Positions 55,054-63,335 of a DNA stretch of 64,000 bases are shown in pieces (the first letter of the stretch is position 1; each line of letters begins with the position of its first letter). The notes beneath the pieces are model-generated. The model did not search any database and was not told the origin of the DNA. It saw only the letters and a program-made list of their open reading frames with translations. Source of the DNA: a virus (taxonomy: Duplodnaviria > Caudoviricetes); IMG/VR virus record IMGVR_UViG_3300032038_000073, positions 1,950-65,949 of that record. One strand, given 5' to 3'. Made by a program: the position numbers and the translations under genes.

Positions 55054-57030
55054 ATGAGCAACATGAAAATTAACAGCATTGCGCTGAACGACTTCAAGGG
55101 ATGTGCGAGTGCTGAATACAAGTTTGGCCCTGGACTGAACGTGGTACTTGGACCGAATGGATCAGGCAAGACTACAATCGCTGACGGCTATATGTACTCA
55201 ATGAGTGGCAAGGACTACTCACTGACTGCTAACCCGACAATCGCCCCCAACAACAAGCCCGCCGATTCAGCAGAAACCCAGGTCACTGTCAACTGTGAGG
55301 TAGACGGAAAGCCGGTGGAGATTATCAGGTCGCAGAAAACCCGGTTCTCAAAGCCCGATGCAAACGGCAATCGCAAGACCACCACGGTCAACACCTACAC
55401 GATCAATGCGGTAGCCATGGCTGAGAGGGATGCTGTTAAGGCATTTGCTGAACGTGGCATTGATATGGACCTGTTCACGGTTCTGGCCCATCCCGAAGTA
55501 TTTGTCAATCAGGCAATGGGCGATAAGAAGTCGAAGGACAAGGCCCGGATGACCGTGTTCTCTATGGCAAATCCTCTCCCTGACCTTGAAATCGCTAAGA
55601 AGGCAGGCACAAAGGAACTGGCTGAACTGCTTGAGAACTACACCATTACAGAGATTGGTGAACAGCAGAAGGCTACCAGACGGAAAATTCTTGCTGAGTA
55701 CGGTAAGAACGGTGACATTCTCATTGCGAGAATCAGTGAGGCTCAGAGGCAGATTGTTCCTCTTGAAGATGGCAAGGTTGAATCCCTGACCGCTGCCTTT
55801 GAAGCTAAGAAGGCTGAGATGGCAAAGGCGGTTGAAGCCAAGGCCAATCTCGGAGCGGAACTTACGAGGCTCAACAGGGAGCGTGAGGAAGTCAGTGTGG
55901 CGTTCTTACAGGCGAAGGAACAGGCGAACAAAGACAACAACGACAAGGTTAGTAAGGCCATAGATGCTGCCGTTGCAATGGGCGATAAGGTTCAGGAGGC
56001 AAAGGATAAGCTGAACGATACCCGACTTAAGATTGCCGGTCTTGAGACAAAAATCGAAAGTCTCAAATATGATAAGGGCAAACTTGAAGCCTCTTACGCA
56101 TCGAGAAAGTCCGCTCAGTTTGATGAATCTTCAACTATCTGCCCTACTTGCCATCGTCCTCTTGATAAGAAAGACGCTGACGCTATCCGGGCTGAATTTG
56201 AAAACCGTAAGGCAAAGGATCTGAAAACCTTTGGGGATGGAATCGCAAAGAGCGAGGCTGAAATCAAGAAGTATTCAGACAACCTCGCCAGGGGTAAGAA
56301 AGTCCTGAAAAAGGACGAGGCAACAGTGAAAGCTCTTGAATCAGAACGTGAAGCGCTGCGCCAGAAGGTTGACGAGGCCAAGAAGGTGGCCTGTTCCCTT
56401 CATGACAATGAGGTTCCTGGCTACAAGGAGGCGGTCGAGAAAATCAACGCCATTGATGCCAAGAGAGCGGAAATCGAGGACAAGATTGCAAAGGCTCCCG
56501 ATACCAACGCCATGGCAGATGAAGCCTCCCATATCCGTTACGAAATCGAGGCTGAGAAGGCAAGGATCGCTCGTGTTGCAGATGCCAAGGCCAGGGTTGA
56601 TGAACTTGGAAATAAGCGTACTGAATACGAACAGGCAATCGCCAGAACGGAGATGATTGAAGCTCAGATTGCTCTTTTCGGCAGGACGAAGAATGAAATG
56701 CTTACCGAGAGCATCAATTCTCACTTCAAGGTCGTTTCCTGGAAACTCTTTGATTACCAGAAAAACGGCGAATATAAGGAGTGCTTGGTCCCGATGATTG
56801 GCTACACACCTTATGACAGCCTTTCTGGTGGCGAGAAAATGGTCGCTATGGTGGATATTGTGACCACTCTCCAGAGATTCTACGACACCTATCTGCCGGT
56901 CTTTATTGACGAGGCGGGTATCGCTACTGCGGAGACGCTTGCGAAGGTCAAGGAACTGGCAAACACGCAGCTTATCCTGCTGACTGCCAAGGATACAGAA
57001 GGGGGGCAGATTATCGTTGAACATCTTTGA
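55054..57030 (+). CDS. SMC/Rad50-like AAA ATPase
   Basis: GPNGSGKTT, long coiled coil with CPTC hook, LSGGEK signature, VFIDE. Confidence 0.88.
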   Translation: MSNMKINSIALNDFKGCASAEYKFGPGLNVVLGPNGSGKTTIADGYMYSMSGKDYSLTANPTIAPNNKPADSAETQVTVNCEVDGKPVEIIRSQKTRFSKPDANGNRKTTTVNTYTINAVAMAERDAVKAFAERGIDMDLFTVLAHPEVFVNQAMGDKKSKDKARMTVFSMANPLPDLEIAKKAGTKELAELLENYTITEIGEQQKATRRKILAEYGKNGDILIARISEAQRQIVPLEDGKVESLTAAFEAKKAEMAKAVEAKANLGAELTRLNREREEVSVAFLQAKEQANKDNNDKVSKAIDAAVAMGDKVQEAKDKLNDTRLKIAGLETKIESLKYDKGKLEASYASRKSAQFDESSTICPTCHRPLDKKDADAIRAEFENRKAKDLKTFGDGIAKSEAEIKKYSDNLARGKKVLKKDEATVKALESEREALRQKVDEAKKVACSLHDNEVPGYKEAVEKINAIDAKRAEIEDKIAKAPDTNAMADEASHIRYEIEAEKARIARVADAKARVDELGNKRTEYEQAIARTEMIEAQIALFGRTKNEMLTESINSHFKVVSWKLFDYQKNGEYKECLVPMIGYTPYDSLSGGEKMVAMVDIVTTLQRFYDTYLPVFIDEAGIATAETLAKVKELANTQLILLTAKDTEGGQIIVEHL

Positions 57031-57223
57031 TGAAGTCTACAGAAACGGTGAGCCTGACGATGCCGGAGTTATCATCGGTCGCAGAGCAAGTTACTTAGAG
57101 CAGTTCCAGGTCCTCTGGTATGACGGTGTTTATGCTGAATGGTGCTATCCCATTGACATTGTTCGGACCGGCAGAAACTTCAAGGACGAGTTTAAGAAGG
57201 GAGTGATTAAGCATGGCAAATGA
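57017..57223 (+). CDS. hypothetical protein
   Basis: Coupled ORF. Confidence 0.45.
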   Translation: MNIFDEVYRNGEPDDAGVIIGRRASYLEQFQVLWYDGVYAEWCYPIDIVRTGRNFKDEFKKGVIKHGK

Positions 57224-58112
57224 AGTAGCAAAGAACGAGCCTACAAAAATGGGCATTACATCATACCTCACCAATCCGAAGGTAAAGGCTAATGTCGCCA
57301 GCGTGGTCGGTGAGAAGAAGTCTCAGGCGTTTATCTCTTCCATCGTATCAGCGGTGCAGACGAACAAACTTCTGGCTGAATGCACCAATGCGTCAATCCT
57401 CAATGCTGCACTCCTGGGTGAAAGCCTTGAACTTCCCCCCTCGCCGCAGATGGGATTCTTCTACATGGTTCCTTACAAGAACCGGGAGACAGGCGTTTCC
57501 GAGGCTACCTTCCAACTCGGCACAAACGGCTACAAACAGCTTGCTATGAGGAGTGGTCAGTACAAGAAGATTGTCGCTTCTTCAATCAAGGAAGGTGAGC
57601 TGAAATCCTACAATCCCATCACTGAGGAAATCGTCTTTGAGCCTATCATGGACCCGGAAGTGAGAGAAAAGGCTAAGACGGTCGGCTACTATGCCATGTT
57701 TGAGCTTATGAACGGCTATCGCAAGGAAATCTACTGGCCTTACGCAAAGATGGAGGCTCACGCATCTAAGTACAGCCAGACCTACAAGAGCGATAAGAAG
57801 TACAAGTCTAAGAAGTCTATTTGGTCCACCAACTTCGATGCAATGGCTGAAAAGACGATGATCCGTACACTGATTCGCAAGTGGGGCATTATGAGTGTCA
57901 AGAATCAGCAGATGCAGAGAGCGATTGAGGCCGACATGGGCGTTATCAATGACGATGGTTCCGTGACTTATGTGGATAACCAGGTGGATGTGGTTGAAGA
58001 AGCGCATGAAGCGATTGAGGCCGGAGCGAATACCTCCGAGTTCACTGACGCTGAGTTCAACGAGGTCCCGACTGCTGATGAAGTAAACGCTGACAATCCC
58101 TTCGCAGAGTGA
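57213..58112 (+). CDS. recT: RecT-family recombinase
   Basis: LPPSPQMGFFYMVPY...FQLGTNGYKQLAMRSGQY...FDAMAEKT. Confidence 0.9.
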   Translation: MANEVAKNEPTKMGITSYLTNPKVKANVASVVGEKKSQAFISSIVSAVQTNKLLAECTNASILNAALLGESLELPPSPQMGFFYMVPYKNRETGVSEATFQLGTNGYKQLAMRSGQYKKIVASSIKEGELKSYNPITEEIVFEPIMDPEVREKAKTVGYYAMFELMNGYRKEIYWPYAKMEAHASKYSQTYKSDKKYKSKKSIWSTNFDAMAEKTMIRTLIRKWGIMSVKNQQMQRAIEADMGVINDDGSVTYVDNQVDVVEEAHEAIEAGANTSEFTDAEFNEVPTADEVNADNPFAE

Positions 58113-58121
58113 GGTAGCGCA

Positions 58122-58388
58122 ATGATCGTAGTATCCCAAGACGGAAAGACAGTTTTCCCTCTTGAACAGGTGATGCTCGGAATAGAGAAGAAGGTGGGAT
58201 GGAGGGCCGAAGTCAGTTATGATATAGTCCTCTATCCCCTGGGGGCTAATCCTTTAACTGAGGACCCGACGGCGATTGCCGAGTTCACAAAAGAGGAAGA
58301 TGCCGAGGATGCGCTGATGGATTTGCTGAGTAGCTATCAGCGTGATGCGAAGGTGTTCGTCTTTGGCGTATACAAGGAGCAGAAATGA
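58122..58388 (+). CDS. hypothetical protein
   Basis: MIVVSQDG...IAEFTKEEDAEDAL. Confidence 0.55.
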   Translation: MIVVSQDGKTVFPLEQVMLGIEKKVGWRAEVSYDIVLYPLGANPLTEDPTAIAEFTKEEDAEDALMDLLSSYQRDAKVFVFGVYKEQK

Positions 58389-58588
58389 ACAATACCTGTA
58401 CCGGCTGTAAAGATTGCACTAAGAGAACACTTGGCTGTCATAAAGGCTGTAAGACCTACAAAGCCTTCCTCATTTACAACGCTGTTATCAACGCTAAGAA
58501 GGCCGATTATTGCAAGAAAAAGGACAGCGAGATAGAATCCTGCGTCCGTAATGCTCACCGGCGTGGTGGTCCGAAGAGGGAGTTCTAA
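58385..58588 (+). CDS. Cys-rich small protein
   Basis: CTGCKDCTKRTLGCHKGCKTY. Confidence 0.6.
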   Translation: MNNTCTGCKDCTKRTLGCHKGCKTYKAFLIYNAVINAKKADYCKKKDSEIESCVRNAHRRGGPKREF

Positions 58589-58729
58589 TGGATGATGGAA
58601 AGATTGCTCTGATTGTGATTGCTGTGTTGGCACTGCTGATTATCGCCAACATCGGCTTTATAGTCATTGCGGCGAGAAATGACAAGATTAACAAGTAAAA
58701 TGACCAAATTAAACTAAAGGAGAACAAAG

Positions 58730-59422
58730 ATGGCAACTACAAAGAAGGATGAAGCAATCAATATCGTACCGATTCGGAAGAAGTACGCAAGAGTACGCAT
58801 TATCGGCACTTCGCCGCTCATTATCCATGCGTGGAGTGAAAAGGCAAAGCGCATGATGCTTGAAGCACAGCAGAAAACCACTCGCACAAAGAGTAAGCGT
58901 GAGGTCCGCAGACCGTTTGAGGACTTCGTTGATTCCCTTTACTGGCTGACGGAAAAGCCGACTGCTGACACTGACGAGGAACTTGCTGATAAGTTCGGAG
59001 AAGCGATCCAGAACGGTGCAAGGTTCGGTTTCCCGGCAAACTCCATCAAGATTGCAGCAAACTCAGGCGCTTACCGGCTCGGATGGGTCAAAAACCAGAT
59101 GGGACTTCGTGGAGCATACTTCGTCCGTGGCGTAATGAGTGACGGATCAGTGAACAGCGAGTACATTGAGATTCGTGGCGGTTCCCCGGAAATGAGAGAG
59201 GATATGGTCACTGTAGGCATGGGCGGTACGGACCTTCGCTATCGTGGAGAGTTCAAGGACTGGTACTCTGACATTGAGATTGAGTACAACGCCTCTGGTG
59301 ATGTGACCCTGGAACAGATTATCAACTGCCTTAATGCCGGTGGTTATGCGGTGGGCATCGGAGAATGGAGGCCCGAAAAGGACGGTCATAACGGAATGTT
59401 TGAGGTGGCTTACGCAGAGTAA
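58730..59422 (+). CDS. RAMP/Cas7-like protein (Vipr-like effector)
   Basis: N-term strand VRIIGTSPLIIH and C-term glycine-rich loop AGGYAVGIGEWRPEKDGHNGMFEV; directly precedes the GGY-NN array. Confidence 0.75.
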   Translation: MATTKKDEAINIVPIRKKYARVRIIGTSPLIIHAWSEKAKRMMLEAQQKTTRTKSKREVRRPFEDFVDSLYWLTEKPTADTDEELADKFGEAIQNGARFGFPANSIKIAANSGAYRLGWVKNQMGLRGAYFVRGVMSDGSVNSEYIEIRGGSPEMREDMVTVGMGGTDLRYRGEFKDWYSDIEIEYNASGDVTLEQIINCLNAGGYAVGIGEWRPEKDGHNGMFEVAYAE

Positions 59423-59426
59423 ACTT

Positions 59427-59890
59427 GGCAGTTATGGTATGACAAGGCATGGCAAGGTTAGGACCGGTGCGGTATCGTTGGTTAGGGCGTGGCAGTTTGG
59501 GCTTGGATGGGCGGGACAGGGTTTGTCTGGTCAGGATTGGATATGGCAGTTTTGGTTGGGCATTGTTTGTCTTGGCAGGTTCCGGCAAGGTGCGGCATGG
59601 CCCGGATTGGCAGTTGAGGCGAGGAAGGGCGGGTCAGGGCTTGGCTCGTTGCGGTTGGACCCGGTTTGGCAGTTTCGGTGGGACAGGGCAGGGCAACGTG
59701 CAGTCCGTTGCGGTAAGGTATGGCTTGATGCGGCAGTTTTGGTCAGGTGGGCCAGGCCGAGGCAGAGCGTGTTACTGCGTGGTTAGCTTTGGCTTGACAC
59801 GGCAGTTGAGGCATGTTGAGCCGAGGTTGGTCAAGTCGCTGTGGGCCAAGGTATGTCCTGGTGCGAAGGGGCCGGTTAAATATCGGCTCC
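59427..59890 (+). ncRNA. array of 7 guide-like units (GGCAGTTNN plus 9-12 GGY-NN pentamers) ending in a hairpin
   Basis: Units start at 59427, 59491, 59545, 59609, 59668, 59732, 59801; lengths 64, 54, 64, 59, 64, 69, 64; 3' hairpin GGGGCCG/CGGCTCC. Confidence 0.9.
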
Positions 59891-59918
59891 ACCACCAAAA
59901 GACGAAAGGAGTGATAAT

Positions 59919-60452
59919 TTGGTTTTCGAGTTGAAGAAAAATTATTCATGGAGCTACGGCGGTTTCGGCGTTGATGCTAATACGGTAGGCAAGACGCTTG
60001 AGCGGATTGAGGCCGATACCGGGAGCGTTACTAAGGAAAAGTTGCTTGATGCTTCAAGGGCAGAAGATAGCCCGACACATAACCTGTTTGAGTGGAATGA
60101 TGCGATTGCCGGTGAAAAGTACAGGCTTGAACAGGCAAGAATGGCGATTACCCATTTGAGGGTTGAAGTTGTCGAGGGGGAGACGGAACCTCAGACATTT
60201 ACTCCGACAATCGTTGAGAAGGTTCCCAAAAAGGTCCGGGCGTTCACTGCGACTGACTATTCCCAGGGGGCTACAAAGTTGGCAAACTTCATGTCAACCG
60301 ATACGGCTCTCGCAAATGAGGAATATCGCAGAACGATTATCAAAAATGCGCTTGGCGAGTTTGAACGCACGAAAGACAAGTATTCGTTCTTGAGTGAACT
60401 GGCGGCACTTTATGAAGCGATTGATCTTGAAGCTGGGAGGTATGGCGTATGA
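59919..60452 (+). CDS. accessory protein downstream of the array
   Basis: AAAGGAG RBS plus TTG; LLDASRAEDSPTHNLFEWNDAIAGEKYRLEQAR. Confidence 0.7.
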   Translation: MVFELKKNYSWSYGGFGVDANTVGKTLERIEADTGSVTKEKLLDASRAEDSPTHNLFEWNDAIAGEKYRLEQARMAITHLRVEVVEGETEPQTFTPTIVEKVPKKVRAFTATDYSQGATKLANFMSTDTALANEEYRRTIIKNALGEFERTKDKYSFLSELAALYEAIDLEAGRYGV

Positions 60453-60745
60453 ATGGACCGATTAACAGGCTGACTAACTCTGACATTCACCATCTTGCGG
60501 TAGAGAAGGGTGTGAAACTCAGAGAGATAGCTGTTCAGCTTGGCGAGTTTACCAATGAGTTCTTCGCAGAACTTCACGCATCGGAAATGAGTGATACAAG
60601 GAAAGCGGTAGTCGTAGGAGCGATTGAGGAGGTGGCAAAGAAGCATGAATCGCAGGGAAATCATGTTGAAGCGGAGCCGGAAGGTGAGGACGGAAATCAC
60701 GAACACGAGTTACTCACTGAGGAAGGGGGCAACTCCGAATCGTGA
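60449..60745 (+). CDS. small HTH-like protein
   Basis: DIHHLAVEKGVKLREIAVQLG. Confidence 0.5.
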   Translation: MNGPINRLTNSDIHHLAVEKGVKLREIAVQLGEFTNEFFAELHASEMSDTRKAVVVGAIEEVAKKHESQGNHVEAEPEGEDGNHEHELLTEEGGNSES

Positions 60746-60775
60746 GCAGAGACGGCTTATGGAGAGGAAGAAAAA

Positions 60776-61486
60776 ATGACGCTGAAAACGGTCGCATCTG
60801 GCTCAGACGGTAATCTCCATATCCTCAAGGATGGCAACGGTAAGATGCTCCTGATTGAAGCCGGAATCAATATCAAGGCTATCAAGGCCGGTTGTGATTG
60901 GGATGTAACCAACATTGTAGGATGTATCGTCACGCATCACCACAAGGATCATGCTGCTTCGGTGACAAACCTTGAGCGCATGGGAATCCCGGTCTGCAAG
61001 TCTTACTCGGAAGATGGTTCCCACAAGGCTGTCAGGTTTGGCGACTACCAGATAGTACCTTTTCCCCTGGATGATGCTGAACATGAGTGGGTCCACACAA
61101 ACGGTGATGGTTCTTCTTGCCCGATTTACGGATACCTTATTCATCACCCGGAGATGGGTTGCATGGTCTATCTGACCGACTGCCAGTTCTGCCGGTGGAC
61201 TTTCAAGAGATATGCTCCGTCCACAATCCTTATCGGCATTGACTACCAGGAAGAGTACGTTACCGAAGAGGAAACCAAAAGGCGGCATGTCTATGGCGGT
61301 CATATGAGCCTTGACACGGCTATTGACTTCATAAAAGCCAATCAGACACCAAAGCTGAGACGAATAATCGCCTGCCACTTGTCAAGCGAAGCCACTGAGC
61401 CGGATGAAGTTTTTGCAGAACTTGTTAATAATTTTTCCGGGGTTGATTGCAGAATCGCAGTTCCCGGACAGAAATGTGAGGTTTAA
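60776..61486 (+). CDS. metallo-beta-lactamase-fold nuclease
   Basis: ASGSDGN, VTHHHKDH, YLTD, GHMS, ACHLS. Confidence 0.88.
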   Translation: MTLKTVASGSDGNLHILKDGNGKMLLIEAGINIKAIKAGCDWDVTNIVGCIVTHHHKDHAASVTNLERMGIPVCKSYSEDGSHKAVRFGDYQIVPFPLDDAEHEWVHTNGDGSSCPIYGYLIHHPEMGCMVYLTDCQFCRWTFKRYAPSTILIGIDYQEEYVTEEETKRRHVYGGHMSLDTAIDFIKANQTPKLRRIIACHLSSEATEPDEVFAELVNNFSGVDCRIAVPGQKCEV

Positions 61487-61489
61487 GCA

Positions 61490-61936
61490 ATGAATATCGT
61501 AATTATGATGGGACGTTTGACAAGGGACCCGGAAGTTCGCTACACGCAGGATCAGAAGCCTATCGCTAATATCTCTCTGGCGGTTGACAGGCGGATGAAG
61601 CGTGAAGGACAGCCGGACGCTGATTTCTTCAATGGCTTTGTAGCTTTTGGCAAGACCGCTGAGTTCATCGAGAAGTATTTGCACAAAGGCTCGAAGGTAG
61701 TTGTCCAAGCTCATTTGCAGAACGACAATTACCAGGGCAAGGATGGTCAGACGGTCTACCGTGACAGGTTCTACATTGATAGCATCGAGTTCGCTGAAAG
61801 CCGTGCTGCATCTCAGGCTAACAATCAGGGTCAGCAGAGCAATAATCAGGGCCGCTCTCGTCAGCAGTCTCAGGCAAGGCAGGATGACTTTATGAACATC
61901 CCGGACGGCATTGACGAGGAGTTACCGTTCAACTAA
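61490..61936 (+). CDS. ssb: single-stranded DNA-binding protein
   Basis: MGRLTRDPEVRY...AFGKTAE...DEELPFN. Confidence 0.96.
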   Translation: MNIVIMMGRLTRDPEVRYTQDQKPIANISLAVDRRMKREGQPDADFFNGFVAFGKTAEFIEKYLHKGSKVVVQAHLQNDNYQGKDGQTVYRDRFYIDSIEFAESRAASQANNQGQQSNNQGRSRQQSQARQDDFMNIPDGIDEELPFN

Positions 61937-62790
61937 TGGGTAAAACTATGGAGAGACACGATAAAAAGCTAAAGTGTGAAGCCTTCAACGACTCAATGCA
62001 GAATTGGAAGAAATATCCGATTCAGAAGGCACAGCTCATAATTGCCGATGTTCCATATAACGTAGGCACGAATTTTTACGGCAGTAACCCGGTCTGGTAT
62101 AAGGGTGGCGATAACAAGAATGGCGAGAGCAAGTTGGCGGGGAAAGCTGCATTTGCGTCCGACTTCAATTTCAATCTTTATGAATACTTCCACTTCTGTT
62201 CGCAACTCATGAGGAAGGAGCCGAAAAGCGGAGGGCCGAGAGGAAGGTCATCTGATGCGCCTTGCATGATCGTTTTCTGTTCATTCCAACAGCAGGAGAC
62301 GCTTATCAAAGCTGCTGAGAAGCATGGGTTTATCCACTATATACCGCTCACGTTCGTGAAGAAGTCAAGTCCACAGGCGTTAAAGGCGAATATGCGGATT
62401 GTCGGTGCGACAGAGAGGGCGTTGCTTTTCTATCGTGGGTATCTGCCGAAGTTCAGAAACGGCGCACAGTATGACGAAAACGGAAAGCCTATCCGTGGAA
62501 CCGGTCACATGATTCTCGACTGGATGGAGTATGAAAGAGACGGAAAAGACATTCCGAAGATTCATCCCACTCAGAAGCCGGTCAAAGTCTTGAAGAAGCT
62601 GATTGAGATTTGCACCGACCCTGGTGACGTTGTGATTGATCCTTGTTTCGGGTCCGGCACTACAGGGAGGGCTTGCATCGAGACTGGACGAAATTTTTAT
62701 GGGTTTGAAATCAACAAAGAGTTTTACAAAAGAGCGGTTGGCGAAATGTTGATTACTCCTGAGTACGAACAGCAGAGATTGGTTCTGTAA
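61936..62790 (+). CDS. N6/N4 DNA methyltransferase (beta class)
   Basis: ADVPY catalytic motif; IHPTQKP...DPCFGSGTT. Confidence 0.92.
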   Translation: MGKTMERHDKKLKCEAFNDSMQNWKKYPIQKAQLIIADVPYNVGTNFYGSNPVWYKGGDNKNGESKLAGKAAFASDFNFNLYEYFHFCSQLMRKEPKSGGPRGRSSDAPCMIVFCSFQQQETLIKAAEKHGFIHYIPLTFVKKSSPQALKANMRIVGATERALLFYRGYLPKFRNGAQYDENGKPIRGTGHMILDWMEYERDGKDIPKIHPTQKPVKVLKKLIEICTDPGDVVIDPCFGSGTTGRACIETGRNFYGFEINKEFYKRAVGEMLITPEYEQQRLVL

Positions 62791-62791
62791 T

Positions 62792-63326
62792 ATGCCACTA
62801 CAAGGATTCAGAGCAAACACGCTTCAGTCTGTAAACGGTGACGAATATTACTCCCCTCAGAACGTGGTAGACATGATTGTTCCTTACGTCATGAGGGGGG
62901 GGGTATAAAAGGATCTGGTGCCCGTTTGACAAGGGCGATAGCAACTTTGTGAAAACATTCAAAGGGCTTGGTCTTGAAGTCGTGAATGGTCACATCGAAA
63001 CCGGTCAGGACTTCTTCAGCTACAACTCACCGCAAGGCGACATAGTTGTGAGCAATCCTCCGTTTAGCAAGAGAGACGATGTTTTGAAACACCTTTATGA
63101 ATTGGATGTTCCGTTTGCGGTCACGCTTTACATGAACGGATTATTTGATTCAAGGGAACGCAGAGAAATGTTCAAGCGATACGGCGTAGAACTGTTAATC
63201 CCTGACGGACGGATGAAGTTTTTTCGATACGGTACAGAGATACTAAATGCGCCAAACACACAGACGGTTTATGTTTGTCACAAGTTGCTTGATAAGCAGA
63301 TAGAGTTCAGCGACTTTAAGTTTTAG
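62792..63326 (+). pseudogene. adenine-methyltransferase-like gene out of frame at a G9 tract
   Basis: DEYYSP...MRGGV* with G9 (62895-62903); G8 restores YKRIWCPFD...GQDFF...VSNPPFS. Confidence 0.75.
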
Positions 63327-63335
63327 AGGTATGCA

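Noticed and set aside
59334-59949. ORFs 59334-59786, 59449-59934, 59331-59588 and 59743-59949 over the pentamer array
   Set aside because: G/R/W- or P-rich translations with no RBS; by-products of the stop-poor GGY-NN periodicity.
55054-61936. SMC-like ATPase, RecT, MBL nuclease and SSB as a novel system
   Set aside because: Common recombination module in Bacillota siphophages; only the inserted RAMP/array locus is unusual.
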